DNA of 64,000 nt from Nitrospirota bacterium. Lineage in GTDB: Bacteria; Nitrospirota; JACRHJ01. The stretch spans positions 416,001 through 480,000 of the forward strand of contig CAVTDB010000026.1 of the NCBI GenBank assembly GCA_963733375.1, read 5' to 3'. The first letter of the stretch is position 1. Each line of letters starts with the position of its first letter. The notes under the pieces are model-generated. The model saw only the letters and a program-made list of their open reading frames with translations. It did no database searches and had not been told where the DNA came from. A program made the position numbers and the translations under genes. This document shows positions 51,241-63,549 of the stretch, one piece after another.

Positions 51241-52574
51241 TATTTATTGAATGTTTCGAGGAACGAGGTGCTGTATATCCCGGAGCGGAAGACCGGGTCC
51301 AGGAACACCCGCCTGTGGAGAGGGATGGTAGTCTTTATCCCTTCGATTATAAATTCCTCGAGCGCCCGCGTCATCCTCGCCATCGCTTCTTCCCTGTCAA
51401 TCCCGTGGACGATAAGTTTCGCGATCATGGAGTCGTAGTTGGGCGGGACGGTATAATTGGAATAAACTGCGGTGTCCACGCGGACGCCGGGGCCGCCAGG
51501 CGCGTTGTAGGTGGTTATGGTGCCCGGGCAGGGAGTGAACTTCTGCGGGTCTTCCGCGTTTATCCTGCACTCGAAGCTGTGGCCGTCGATTTTTATATCG
51601 TCCTGCTTGTATTTCAGCGTCAGGCCCGCGGCCGCTTTTATCTGCTCTTTTATCAGGTCGATCCCCGTCACCATCTCCGTGACCGGATGCTCCACCTGTA
51701 TGCGCGTGTTCATCTCCATGAAAAAGAATTTATCGCCTGAGACGATGAACTCCACCGTGCCCGCATTTCTGTATTTCACCGCCTTCGCCGCGGCAATGGC
51801 CACCTCGCCCATTTTCTTGCGCATTTTGGGCGTTATGGCCGGGGAAGGCGATTCTTCAATCAACTTCTGATGCCGCCTCTGAACCGAGCAGTCCCTCTCG
51901 CCAAGGTGTATTATGTTGCCCTTTTCATCCGCAAGTATCTGCACCTCGACATGCCGGGGCTCCGTTATGAACTTCTCTATGTACACCTCCGGATTGCCGA
52001 ATGAGGACATCGCCTCGGCCTGCGCCGTCAGGAAAGAGTTTATCAGGCTTCCGGCGGAATGCACCACGCGCATGCCGCGCCCCCCGCCTCCCGCGGACGC
52101 CTTGATTATAACCGGATAACCGATTCTCGTGGCCAGGGTAAGGATTTCGTCCTCGCTGCTGACAGTCCCCTTGCTCCCAGGGATCACCGGGACGCCAGCC
52201 TTCACCATCGTCTCCTTCGCCTTGGCCTTGTCCCCCATCAGCCGGATATTCTCCGGAGTAGGGCCTATGAACTTTATCCCGGCGGTCTCGCACATCTCCG
52301 CGAAATTCGCGCTCTCCGCCAGAAAACCATAACCTGGGTGGATGGCTTCCGAGTCCGTTATCTCCGCCGCGGAAAGGATGGCCGGGATGTTTCGGTAACT
52401 TGCCGCCGAATCGGCCGGTCCGATGCAGATGGACTCGTCCGCGAAGCGGACGTGAAGGGACTCCGCATCTATCGTGGAGTGTACCGAGACCGTCTTGATC
52501 CCGAGCTCTTTGCAGGCGCGGATTATACGAAGGGCAATCTCGCCCCGGTTGGCAATCAGTATCTTTTTGAACAA
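51240..52574 (-). CDS. accC: Acetyl-CoA carboxylase, biotin carboxylase
   Basis: [30 protein letters not shown]. Confidence 0.97.
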
Positions 52575-52598
52575 ACTTTACCTCGAGTTAAGGCGGGT

Positions 52599-53057
52599 TC
52601 AGACAGGCTCGATATGGAAAAGCGGTTCCCCGTACTCCACCGGCTGGGCGTTATCCACGAGTGCGGCCACGATCTTTCCGCTCACTTCGGCCTCTATTTC
52701 GTTCATCAGCTTCATGGCTTCGATGATGCAGAGTATCTGCCCCTTCTTGACCACGTCGCCCACCTCCACGTAAACCGCCGCGTCCGGAGTGGGCGCGCGG
52801 TAGAACGTGCCGACTATCGGCGAATTCACCACGAACAGATTTTTCTGCACGTCACCCGACGGCTCGGCCGGGGGCGCGGCTACTTGCGCCGGGGGCTCTC
52901 CCGCAGGCGCCTCCCCGGCCCGCGGAGCAAGAACCCGCTCACGGCCCGCCGCGCCTTTTTTAATCTTAATCCTCGTGCCCGCTTTTTCCAGCTCTATCTC
53001 GGTCACGTCCGAGTCTTTCAGGACGTCGATAAGCTCTTTTATCTCTTTCAGGTTCAT
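52599..53057 (-). CDS. accB: Biotin carboxyl carrier protein
   Basis: SPIVGTFY, EAMKLMN. Confidence 0.97.
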   Translation of the reverse strand: MNLKEIKELIDVLKDSDVTEIELEKAGTRIKIKKGAAGRERVLAPRAGEAPAGEPPAQVAAPPAEPSGDVQKNLFVVNSPIVGTFYRAPTPDAAVYVEVGDVVKKGQILCIIEAMKLMNEIEAEVSGKIVAALVDNAQPVEYGEPLFHIEPV

Positions 53058-53083
53058 GATTTATCCGCTCCTGTCAGGGCAGA

Positions 53084-53644
53084 CTACTTTACCCTCTCCA
53101 GATATTCACCGGTCCTGGTATCGACCTTTATGACCTCGCCTTCCTCAAGATAAAGCGGGACCTTTACTATCGCGCCCGTCTCTAAGGTTGCGGGTTTCGT
53201 CCCGCCGGAGGCGGTGTCCCCTTTCACGCCGGGATCGGTCTTTACCACTTTCAGTTCCACGAACATGGGCACTTCCACGTTTATGGGATCTCCGTTATGG
53301 TACAGGACCTGCGCCAGCATGTTTTCCTTAAGCCATCTCGCGCCGTCGCCTATCTGTTTTCCGGTCATCGAGAACTGCTCGTAGCTCTCCGAGTCCATGA
53401 AGAAATATTCTTCCCCGGTGTTGTAAAGGTACTGCATCGACCTCTCTTCCAGGTTCGGCGTCTCCACCTTTTCGCCGGAGCGGTACGTGCGGTCGATTAC
53501 GTTACCTGATCTTAAGCTTTTCAGTTTCGTCCTGACGAACGCGCCGCCCTTGCCGGGCTTTACGTGCTGGAACTCGATTATAACAAACGGCTCGCCGTCT
53601 ATCTCTATCTTGGCGCCGTTACGGAACTCTGCGGTCGAAATCAC
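53084..53644 (-). CDS. efp: Elongation factor P
   Basis: VKPGKGGA, PGVKGDTA. Confidence 0.97.
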   Translation of the reverse strand: MISTAEFRNGAKIEIDGEPFVIIEFQHVKPGKGGAFVRTKLKSLRSGNVIDRTYRSGEKVETPNLEERSMQYLYNTGEEYFFMDSESYEQFSMTGKQIGDGARWLKENMLAQVLYHNGDPINVEVPMFVELKVVKTDPGVKGDTASGGTKPATLETGAIVKVPLYLEEGEVIKVDTRTGEYLERVK

Positions 53645-53649
53645 TAAAT

Positions 53650-54742
53650 TTACCTCCTGTTACGTTGAAAGTCCATGTCCTTGGGAAGCGACGTCAGAAC
53701 CTCGCAGCCTTCCGCCGTCACGAGGACCATATCCTCTATCCTGAAACCGCCCCACCCGGGTATGTATATCCCCGGCTCTATCGTTATGACCATTCCCGCC
53801 TGGAGCACGTCTTCGCTCAAATACGACACGGACGGGGACTCGTGCACCTCCAGGCCTACTCCATGCCCAAGCCCGTGGCCGAAATATTCGCCGTAGCCCT
53901 TGGCTGCGATGTGGCCCCTGGCCGCCTCATCGACCTCCTTGCAGGATACCCCCGCGCGGACCTTATCCATGGCGCGCTTCTGGGCCTCCAGGACTATATC
54001 ATATATCTCGGACTGTTTCCTGTCCGGCTCGCCTACCACGCCGCTCCTCGTTATGTCCGACTGGTAGCCGTGGGCCTCGCCGCCGAAGTCTATTATCAGC
54101 GTCTCCCCGTCCTTCATCTCTTTGCCGGAGGCTAACCCATGCGGCAGGGCGGCCGCGCTCCCCGGATGCGACTATTATGTCAAAAGGCACCTTCTTGGCC
54201 CCCAGTTTCCGGATGTTGAACTCCAGCCCAAGCGCGGTCTCGTTCTCCACCATGCCGGGGGCAATCCGTGAGATGTTCTCCCGGAACCCTTCCTCGGCGC
54301 GCCTGACGGCCTCGGAAATTTTATCTATCTCATCCTCGTCTTTTATCGCCCGGAGCTTTTCCACCGCGTCCTTTACAGGCAGAAGCTCCATCCCGCCAAG
54401 TTCATTTTGGAGTGCGCCGTGGAAATCGAACGCTACGTTTCGTGACTCAAAACCAACCTTTTTCGCGCCCAGCTCTTTTAAGATTTTTCCAAGCTCTTCC
54501 GACAGCCGGCCCTTCTGGATCCGTACCTCGTAACCTTCCACCTCATCCCGGCTCTGGGTCGTGTACCTGGAGTCGGTTATGAAAAAAGCTTTTTTCGGGG
54601 TAACTACCGCATAGCCCGACGAGCCGGTGAAACCTGTTAAATACGAGACGTTCGTTAAGTTTGTGACTAAAAAAGCGTCCGCGCCTTCGGAGACAAAACG
54701 CCTCCTTAAGCCCTCCAGCCTCTTTTCTCTTTTATCAGCCAT
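53650..54742 (-). CDS. Xaa-Pro peptidase (M24), indels near 54130-54150
   Basis: [36 protein letters not shown]. Confidence 0.92.
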
Positions 54743-55190
54743 TTGCGTTTTTACCTGTTTTCAGGATGCTGAGCGCGGCGCGGATGCCCAGCATGTAGCT
54801 GTTTATCCCGAAACCCGATATCACGCCCACCGCGACTTCCGATATATAAGATTTATGCCTGAAATCTTCCCGTTTGTAAATATTGGAAATATGGACTTCC
54901 ACCGTAGGGATGCCGACTGCGGCTATGGCGTCCCTTATAGCGATACTCGTGTGGGTGTATGCCCCGGGGTTTATGATTATGGCCTCGAAATTTCCATCGG
55001 CCTTCTGGATAATATCGACTATTTCGCCCTCATGGTTTGACTGGGCTATCCCTAACTCCACGCCCGCTTTTAAAGCGGCTTTCCTGAGCATGCTGTTCAG
55101 TTCATCAAAAGTTACGCGCCCGTAAGTATCCGGCTCTCTCTTGCCGAGCAGGTTCAGGTTGGGGCCGTGGATCACGATGATTTTTTTCAT
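54735..55190 (-). CDS. aroQ: Type II 3-dehydroquinate dehydratase
   Basis: [25 protein letters not shown]. Confidence 0.96.
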   Translation of the reverse strand: MKKIIVIHGPNLNLLGKREPDTYGRVTFDELNSMLRKAALKAGVELGIAQSNHEGEIVDIIQKADGNFEAIIINPGAYTHTSIAIRDAIAAVGIPTVEVHISNIYKREDFRHKSYISEVAVGVISGFGINSYMLGIRAALSILKTGKNANG

Positions 55191-55204
55191 GGAACCGGTC
55201 TCCG

Positions 55205-55561
55205 TTAGAATTCTTTTATCAGTTTGTCCGCGGCAATCCTAAGCAGAAACCGGCCCTTGCCCAGGTTTGATTCCGGAGAGAGCAGGAGGGCTATGAAATA
55301 GTCGTCATTAATCTTTCGCATGACAAGCCACGCCCTTTCGGCGGCTATGGAAATTTCTTCCGTCCCGCCTATCTGAAGGGAGCGCGACGCGGCCTGGGCG
55401 CCTTTCAGGAGGTTCCCGTATTCCGCCCCCACGGACTGCAGGTCCACCCCCGTCTCGGCGGCAAGCTCTTCCACTATGATTCCGTCCATCCCGACGACTG
55501 CGGCGCCCTTAGACCCCGGTATACCTTCCGTCAGCTCTTTGAGGACTTCCGAAAAGCTCAT
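55205..55561 (-). CDS. Roadblock/LC7 domain protein, MglC-like
   Basis: MSF..L..VVGMDGI..EY..YF..NLGKGRF pattern. Confidence 0.85.
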   Translation of the reverse strand: MSFSEVLKELTEGIPGSKGAAVVGMDGIIVEELAAETGVDLQSVGAEYGNLLKGAQAASRSLQIGGTEEISIAAERAWLVMRKINDDYFIALLLSPESNLGKGRFLLRIAADKLIKEF

Positions 55562-57059
55562 TTTCCGGCCTTTCTCCTGATTGTTTCAAGGAATCCTTCC
55601 AGCCTCTTCACTGCTTCCAGGTTTTTCGATCTGACCTGGGGCCTCGGCGGTTCCCCGCTCTCATCCGTCCTCTTCCCCAGGCTCGCCGTAAAACTCCCAG
55701 GAGTCCATGGCGTCAGCTTCCGGGGATTCATCCTCCCAGGGGGGCAGGATTTCGCCCGCCAGATCGGCATCCAGAACCTCTTCGGCCTCTTCCTGTTGAC
55801 CCCTCTTCCCGATATTCGCCAGGAGGTAGAGGTCTTCGAGCTTCTGCTTGAGACTCATGTCCGCAGGGGACAAGACGATGAGATTTTTATAGATGTTTAT
55901 GGCCCTGTCGTAGAACCCCTGGGCGACATATAACTCCGCCAGGGTCTCCGTCTCGAACACTTCCTTCCGCCCGGTCTCCGGCGGCGGCGCCTGTTCCTTC
56001 GGGGCCTGATACACAAACCCGTCAAGCTCAAAAGAGCTTAGGTCGTCGGTTATCTCGTATACCCCAGCCGGATTTTCATGGCTCTCGTCTTCGGCGGGCC
56101 CCTCTTTATATGCTGAAAATATATCCTCAACGTCTGTCTGGGTGGCGTCTATCGAATATGCCTGTACCTGCCCCTCCACTTCATCTTCCATTACGATTTC
56201 TGGAATTGCTTCGGCTTCTATATCTTCCGGCTCCGGCAGAGCGTCATTTCCGGCAGAGCGTCTATTTCCGGTTGAGCGTCCATTTCCGGTTGAGCATCCA
56301 TTTCCGGTAGAGCGTCCATCTCCGGTAGAATGTCCATCTCCGGCAAATCATACAGCTCCGGCATCGCTTCAACTTCCGAAAATACATCGGGCGCCGTATG
56401 GAGGTCTTCAATCTCCACTGACGGGAATTCCGGCTCAGGCTCCGGAAGCTCGATAAGCCGCCGCGAACTGGTCCTCCGGGAGCGGGATTTCCATTTCGGG
56501 CTCCGGCTCTTCCTCCGTCTGACTTATTTCGGAAATATCGAATATCGTACTTTCCCGCGGCTCAGGTTCAGCATCTTCAGCCTGCGCGACAGTCGGTTCC
56601 TCTTCGTCCGGTTCCTCTAAACTGGCGGCCCGCGGCGATTCCGCTTCCTTCAGCAGGGCCTTTGCCTCCTCGTCCTTGGGGTTCAGGAGCGTAATTATCC
56701 TGAAATGAGCTTACAGCCTCCGCCATCATCCCCATGCCCAGATATATCTCGCCCAGTTTCCTGTGCGCGAGCAGGTTGTCCGGGATTGCCTTTACCACCG
56801 CCTCGAACTGCTCTTTGGCCTTCCCGGTGTCCCCATTCTGCAGGTACGCCTTGCCAAGGAGCACTTTCGCGCTCATGTAGTAGGGGTTGGCGTTCAGGCC
56901 GTTCTCCAGCGTGGAAATAGCCTCCCCGGCCATCCCCGCCTTGAGGTACTCCTCGGCAAGAGGCATGAAGAGCTTGGACCCGGGGTCTTTTGCTAACTGG
57001 GCTCTGAGGCGCGCTATCTCCGGAGAAGCGCCCCCTTCACCGTCAAAGGGAGTGGCCAT
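55558..57059 (-). CDS. TPR protein with a long acidic linker (several indels)
   Basis: N-terminal TPRs (DPGSKLFMPLAEEY); C-terminal TETLAELYVAQG TPR and RLEGFLETI helix. Confidence 0.8.
56237..56361. repeat. Seven copies of an 18-bp tandem repeat encoding PEMDA(L/Q)
   Basis: Units such as TTGAGCGTCCATTTCCGG; one unit is 17 bp. Confidence 0.9.
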
Positions 57060-57094
57060 AAGTGCAAATCCTCAATAAATTCCAAAACTTCCCT

Positions 57095-57122
57095 ATTTTA
57101 GCAGAGGCGGATTCAATGTCAA
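57095..57122 (-). promoter_or_regulatory. Promoter of the TPR-roadblock-aroQ operon
   Basis: TTGACA-16 nt-(TG)TAAAAT. Confidence 0.6.
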
Positions 57123-57196
57123 GAAAAAGTTTTTCCTTGATAAAAGCCAACTTGAGTGGTAAATTCCTATAATTGAACGTTTTTTCTGAGGTCATC

Positions 57197-58565
57197 ATGC
57201 GCGAAACTATCCTTTTAGTCGATGACGAACAAAATACCCGCGAGGCGCTTTCTATTGCGCTCGGACGGGAGGGTTATAATATAATCCCGGCTTCCAACGG
57301 CGGAGAGGGCATGAAGCTCCTCGAAAAAGAGCCGGTAGATTTAATAATTACCGACTTGATGATGCCGGGCGTATCCGGGATGGACCTCCTGGATTTCGCC
57401 AGGAAGCACCGTCCGGAAGTCATGGTCATTATGATGACCGGCTACGCCTCGGTGGAGACTGCCATCACCGCCATGAAAAATGGGGCCTTCGATTACATTA
57501 CGAAACCGATCAAGCTTGACGAGGTGAAGATAATCATCCATCAGGCTGCGGACAAGCGTAACCTGCTGCTGGAGAACATCTCCTTAAAAAAGGAGCTGAA
57601 GGGAAAATACACCTTCGATAACATAATCGGGACCAGCAGGCCGATGCAGGAAATATTTTCCAGTAATGGAGAGGGTGGTTAATTCCGACAGTACCGTCCT
57701 CATCACCGGCGACTCCGGCACCGGGAAAGAGCTCGTCGCCAAGGCCCTCCACTATAACGGGCCGCGGAAAGAGAACCCGTTTGTCGCGATCAACTGCGCC
57801 GCCATCCCGAGCGAGCTTCTGGAATCGGAGCTTTTCGGCCATGTCAAGGGCTCCTTCACCGGCGCCGTCGCCAACAAGCCGGGTAAGTTCGAGCAGGCCA
57901 ACACCGGGACGATGTTCCTGGATGAGATAGGTTCGATGACGATGGCCCTTCAGGGCAAGCTCCTCCGTGTACTCCAGGAAAAGGAGATCGAGCGGGTCGG
58001 AGGGGCGAAACCGATGAAGATCGACGTCCGTATAATTTCAGCTACGAATACCGACCTCGAAAAGGCGGTGAAGAAGGGCCTGTTCCGGGACGACCTTTTC
58101 TACCGGCTGAACGTCATACCCATCCACCTGCCTTCCCTTAAGGACCGGGCGGAGGATATCCCGATGCTGGCCGCTCACTTCATAGGGAAGTACAACGAAA
58201 AACTGAAGAAAGGGATAAAGGGGCTGGCAAGCGGCGTGATGGATTATCTCGTGGCGTACGAATGGCCCGGGAATATCCGGGAACTGGAGAACGTAATCGA
58301 ACGGGCGGTCACGCTTACAGATGGAGAATATATCCAGGAAAGCGCTCTGCCGCAGTCCATATTGGGAGTTGCCGGGCAAGAGTTTTACAGCGTGCCCCAG
58401 ATACCGGACAGGGGGACAGACCTTGAAAAAGAGCTGGAAGGTTTTGAGGCCGCGATGATACGGATGGCCCTAAAAAAAACCGGCGGCATAAAAACAAAGG
58501 CCGCCGAGCTATTGAATTTGAAGCGCACCACACTGATAGAGAAGATGCGCCGTCTTAACCTCTGA
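57197..58565 (+). CDS. Sigma54-dependent response regulator, NtrC family (indel near 57660)
   Basis: REC domain (VDDE, TDLMMP, KP); GDSGTGKE, ELFGHVKGSFTGA, WPGNIREL; Fis-type HTH. Confidence 0.93.
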
Positions 58566-58568
58566 CCT

Positions 58569-58670
58569 TCAGAAAAGAATGCCTGCCCACGCCCTCTGAA
58601 GGCTGACCAGAAGGTAAAGAAATACCGCGCACGCAACGTAGTGCTTGCCGCATCCGATGTCAGTTCCCAT
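58569..58670 (-). CDS. Putative 33-aa hydrophobic small protein
   Basis: GGAGG-6 nt-ATG; MGTDIGCGKHYVACAVFLYLLVSLQRAWAGILF*; upstream promoter. Confidence 0.5.
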   Translation of the reverse strand: MGTDIGCGKHYVACAVFLYLLVSLQRAWAGILF

Positions 58671-58705
58671 ACCCGTCCTCCATCTATAACTCATCAACTT
58701 TGATA

Positions 58706-58734
58706 ATAATATAGCATACAAATATTAAAAGCAA
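58706..58734 (-). promoter_or_regulatory. Putative promoter of the small ORF
   Basis: TTGCTT-17 nt-TATTAT. Confidence 0.45.
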
Positions 58735-58778
58735 ATTAATAGCGAGTTAAATGACTTTAAGGAAAGAATCGTTTAAAT

Positions 58779-58809
58779 AAAAAAGGCGTCTTGCGACGCC
58801 TTTTTTTTT
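58779..58809. terminator. Bidirectional intrinsic terminator
   Basis: A6-GGCGTC-TTGC-GACGCC-T9. Confidence 0.9.
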
Positions 58810-58832
58810 AGTTTAGTTCATGTCGCGGCTTT

Positions 58833-60089
<1,257 letters not shown>

Positions 60090-60090
<1 letters not shown>

Positions 60091-61241
60091 TATATGCCTG
60101 CCTCCTTCTTAAGGGATTTTGCCACGTCCGTCTTCTCCCAGGTGAAACCGGGCTCATTCCTCCCGAAATGCCCGTACGCCGCGGTCTGCTTGTATATGGG
60201 CTTCCGAAGGTCGAGCGACTTTATTATCCCGTTGGGGGTCATGTCGAAATGGTCCCTTACAAGCTGGACGATTTTCTCCTGCGGGATCTTCCCGGTTTTG
60301 TAGGTATCGACAAGGATGGATACCGGCTCGGCTACGCCGATGGCGTATGCCAGCTGTACCTCGCAGCGCTCGCATATACCGGCGGCGACAAGGTTCTTCG
60401 CCACGTAGCGCGCCATGTACGATGCGGAGCGGTCGACTTTGGACGGGTCCTTGCCGGAGAAAGCGCCGCCGCCATGGCTTCCGACTCCGCCGTAGCTGTC
60501 CACGATTATCTTCCGCCCGGTGAGCCCGGTGTCGCCCTGCGGACCGCCGATGACGAACCTGCCCGTCGGATTGATATGATAAATGATATCTTCCTGGTCA
60601 AGAAGTTCCTTCGGGATCACGGGTTTTATTACCCTCTCCACGATGTCCTCGCGGAGCTCTTTCAGGGTTATATCCGGGCTGTGCTGGGTGGATATGACCA
60701 CCGTCCTCACCTTGTACGGTTTCCTGTCCCTGTACTCCACCGTTACCTGCGATTTACCGTCCGGCCGCAGGTAGGTAAGCACGTCGTTTTTACGCACCTC
60801 GGCGAGCTTCCTGGTAAGCTTGTGGGCAAGCATTATCGGAAGCGGCATCAGTTCCGCAGTCTCGTCGCACGCAAAGCCGAACATCAGCCCCTGGTCTCCC
60901 GCGCCGCCTGTGTCAACGCCCATCGCAATGTCCGGGGACTGCCTGTCTATGGAGCTGAGTATGGCGCAGGTCTCGTAGTCGAAGCCATATTTTGCGCGGG
61001 TGTACCCGATGTCTTTTATGGTGTTCCTGACTATTTCGGGTATATGGACATAGGTACTCGTCGTTATCTCGCCGGCGATCATGGCCATGCCGGTGGTGAC
61101 CAACGTCTCGCAGGCCACCCTCGCTTTGGGATCGTCCTTTATTATCGCGTCAAGGATAGCGTCGGAAATCTGGTCGGCTATTTTGTCAGGGTGGCCCTCG
61201 GTGACGGACTCCGAGGTGAAGAGGTAATTTATTCTGCTCAT
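60090..61241 (-). CDS. metK: S-adenosylmethionine synthase
   Basis: [26 protein letters not shown]. Confidence 0.98.
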
Positions 61242-61262
61242 CTTTTGAAATCTCCCTTTCGC

Positions 61263-62471
61263 TTAAATTACTTTCAGCAGCGGCAGGCCGGCGGCGCAGT
61301 CCAGAAGCATGCCGGCGGCCTCATCTTTTGAGACGAGCCCCGTATCCATGGCAAGCCCGTTTTTATCGTATATATAAAGCCTGTTCTCCAGGCTCCCGAA
61401 GCCGGTGTCTTTTCCGACAAGGTTAGCCGCGACGAGATCAGCGTTCTTTTCTTTAAGTTTCTTCTGCGCGTTCGGGCCGACGTCATCGGTCTCCGCGGCA
61501 AAACCGATTACCACCTGCCCCTTTTTCTTCATCTTTCCAAGGGCGCTTAATATATCAGGAGTCCGCAGCAGTTTCAAAGAAAAATTTTCCCGGCCACCTT
61601 TTTTTATTTTGGCCGGGGAATATTCCGACGGAGCGAAATCGGATACCGCGGCGGCCATGACGGCTATATCCGCTCCCTTGAAGGCGCCGAGCGCCGCCTT
61701 CTCCATCTCCTTAGCCGAGCGGACCGGTATCGCTTTGACTCCCGAAGGCGGCGTGAGCGCGGTAGGTCCGTAAATCAAAGTTACTTCGGCTCCCCGGGCC
61801 AGAGCCTCTTTCGCGACCGCGAAGCCCATCCTGCCGGTGGAGCGGTTCCCGATGAACCTTACAGGGTCCAGGTCCTCATATGTCGGACCGGCGGTTACCA
61901 GGATTTTTCTGCCGGAGAGCGTCTTCTCCCTGAATAACGAAAGCGCCGCATGCAGGATGTCGGCGGTCTCGCTCATCCTGCCCCAGCCGAACTCGTTGCA
62001 CGCCATCGGGCCCTTGTCCGGCCCGGCAAACAGGACGCCCCTGTCTTTCAAGGTTTTCAGGTTATCCTGGAGCGCGGGACTGTCAAACATCCGGCAGTTC
62101 ATCGCGGGGGCGAAAAGCACCGGGCATTTTGCGGCCATGAGCATCGTGGACAGCAGGTCGTCGGCAATCCCGTTTGCGGCTTTTCCGATAATATTCGCGG
62201 TGGCGGGTGCGACGATGAACGCGTCCGCCCTGGCGGTTAAATCGATATGGGGCATGGGGCCCCGGGACTCGAAAAGGTCCGTCCCCACTTCTCTGCCGGA
62301 AAGCGCGGAAAATGTAAGCGGCGAGATGAACTTGCAGGCGGCCTCCGTCATCACGACGCTCACGGACGCGCCCTTCTCACGGAGACCCCGGACGAGCTCG
62401 CAGGACTTATAAGCCGCGATGCCGCCGGTAACCCCTAAAATTATCTCCTTACCATCCAGCGGCTGACCCAT
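61263..62471 (-). CDS. coaBC: Phosphopantothenoylcysteine decarboxylase/ligase
   Basis: GGIAAYK, PAMN, TAGPT..DPVRFI.N.STG, AAAVSD. Confidence 0.96.
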   Translation of the reverse strand: MGQPLDGKEIILGVTGGIAAYKSCELVRGLREKGASVSVVMTEAACKFISPLTFSALSGREVGTDLFESRGPMPHIDLTARADAFIVAPATANIIGKAANGIADDLLSTMLMAAKCPVLFAPAMNCRMFDSPALQDNLKTLKDRGVLFAGPDKGPMACNEFGWGRMSETADILHAALSLFREKTLSGRKILVTAGPTYEDLDPVRFIGNRSTGRMGFAVAKEALARGAEVTLIYGPTALTPPSGVKAIPVRSAKEMEKAALGAFKGADIAVMAAAVSDFAPSEYSPAKIKKGGRENFSLKLLRTPDILSALGKMKKKGQVVIGFAAETDDVGPNAQKKLKEKNADLVAANLVGKDTGFGSLENRLYIYDKNGLAMDTGLVSKDEAAGMLLDCAAGLPLLKVI

Positions 62472-62477
62472 CGGCGG

Positions 62478-62906
62478 TTATTCCTCGGAGCCTTCTTCCT
62501 GGGACTCTTCCTCATCTTCGGGAATGATATCTTCTTCAATCTCGGCGCTTTCGGGCGCCGCTTCGGACAGGACCGCCGTCTCCGCCTTGTACGCCTCTTT
62601 TATCTCTTCTATCTTCTCTAACGATGCGGCGGCGGCCTCTTCCATGCTATCTTTGGCGATCCTCTCGCGCCTCATCCGATATTCGTACTCCCTGGCCCGC
62701 TTGGCATCCTCGCCGGTCAGGTACTTGAGCTTCCCTTCTATAGCCTCTTCCAAAGCAAGACTGATGTTCTTCACATACTTTTTCTTGACCAGTGCAGGAG
62801 AGCCTTCCGTGAGCTGTCTCCCCCTCTGGGCGACGACAAGCACCAGCCGAAACCGGCTGTCGAAAAGTTCGTTACCATACTCTATCGGCAGTTTTATAAT
62901 GTCCAA
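62478..62906 (-). CDS. rpoZ: RNA polymerase omega subunit with acidic C-terminal extension
   Basis: SRFRLVLVVAQRGRQL..K..ALEE; lies between gmk and coaBC; TTG start after GGAGG. Confidence 0.88.
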   Translation of the reverse strand: MDIIKLPIEYGNELFDSRFRLVLVVAQRGRQLTEGSPALVKKKYVKNISLALEEAIEGKLKYLTGEDAKRAREYEYRMRRERIAKDSMEEAAAASLEKIEEIKEAYKAETAVLSEAAPESAEIEEDIIPEDEEESQEEGSEE

Positions 62907-62932
62907 TTCATTTCCTCCCGTTATCGCCTGCT

Positions 62933-63549
62933 TCAGGCAAGCCCGAATTTTTTTCTCGTGGCGGCGGCATCCACATTCGCCAGCCTGCATCTCTCCGCCA
63001 GGATTACCGATCTCAGGGCCTCCAACGCCTTCCCCAGGTTATCGTTAATAATTATGTAGTCGTACCGGTCGAAGCTGTCCAGCTCCTCCACCGCCCTTTT
63101 TAGCCTTCTGGCTATCTCCGCCTCGTCGTCCGAGTCCCTTCCCCGGAGCCGTCTTTCCAGCTCTTCCATGGACGGCGGCAGTATAAAGATGAAAACACCC
63201 TGCGATGCCGGACTGTCTTATCTGCATCGCGCCCTGGGTGTCTATGTCCAGGATTACGTCTTTCCCCTGGCCGAATATCCGGTGCCAGCTCCTTCTTCGA
63301 TGTCCCATAGAGATGGCCGTGCACGGTGGCGTATTCCACGAAACCGCCCTCTTCGGCTAGCTTCTTAAATTCCGTTTCGGATACAAAATAATAATGCTCG
63401 CCCTCTTTTTCGGTGGGTCGGGCCGACCTCGTCGTATGCGAAATCGCATGAGATATATCCGGAAGATACCCGGCAAGCTCCTTGCAGAGAGTAGTCTTGC
63501 CAGCGCCGGACGGCGCCGACACTATAAACAGCAGTCCTTTGCTACTCAA
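62933..63549 (-). CDS. gmk: Guanylate kinase (two indels)
   Basis: SAPSGAGKTT, SHTTR, YGTS, LDIDTQG, RLRGR. Confidence 0.95.

Noticed and set aside
56237-56361. Tandem repeats as a CRISPR array
   Set aside because: No spacers, an 18-bp coding period and no cas genes
57840-57870. GSFTGA instead of GAFTGA in the sigma54 activator
   Set aside because: A common functional variant
61242-61262. SAM or SAH riboswitch before metK/ahcY
   Set aside because: The intergenic gap is only 21 nt, and ahcY overlaps the metK stop
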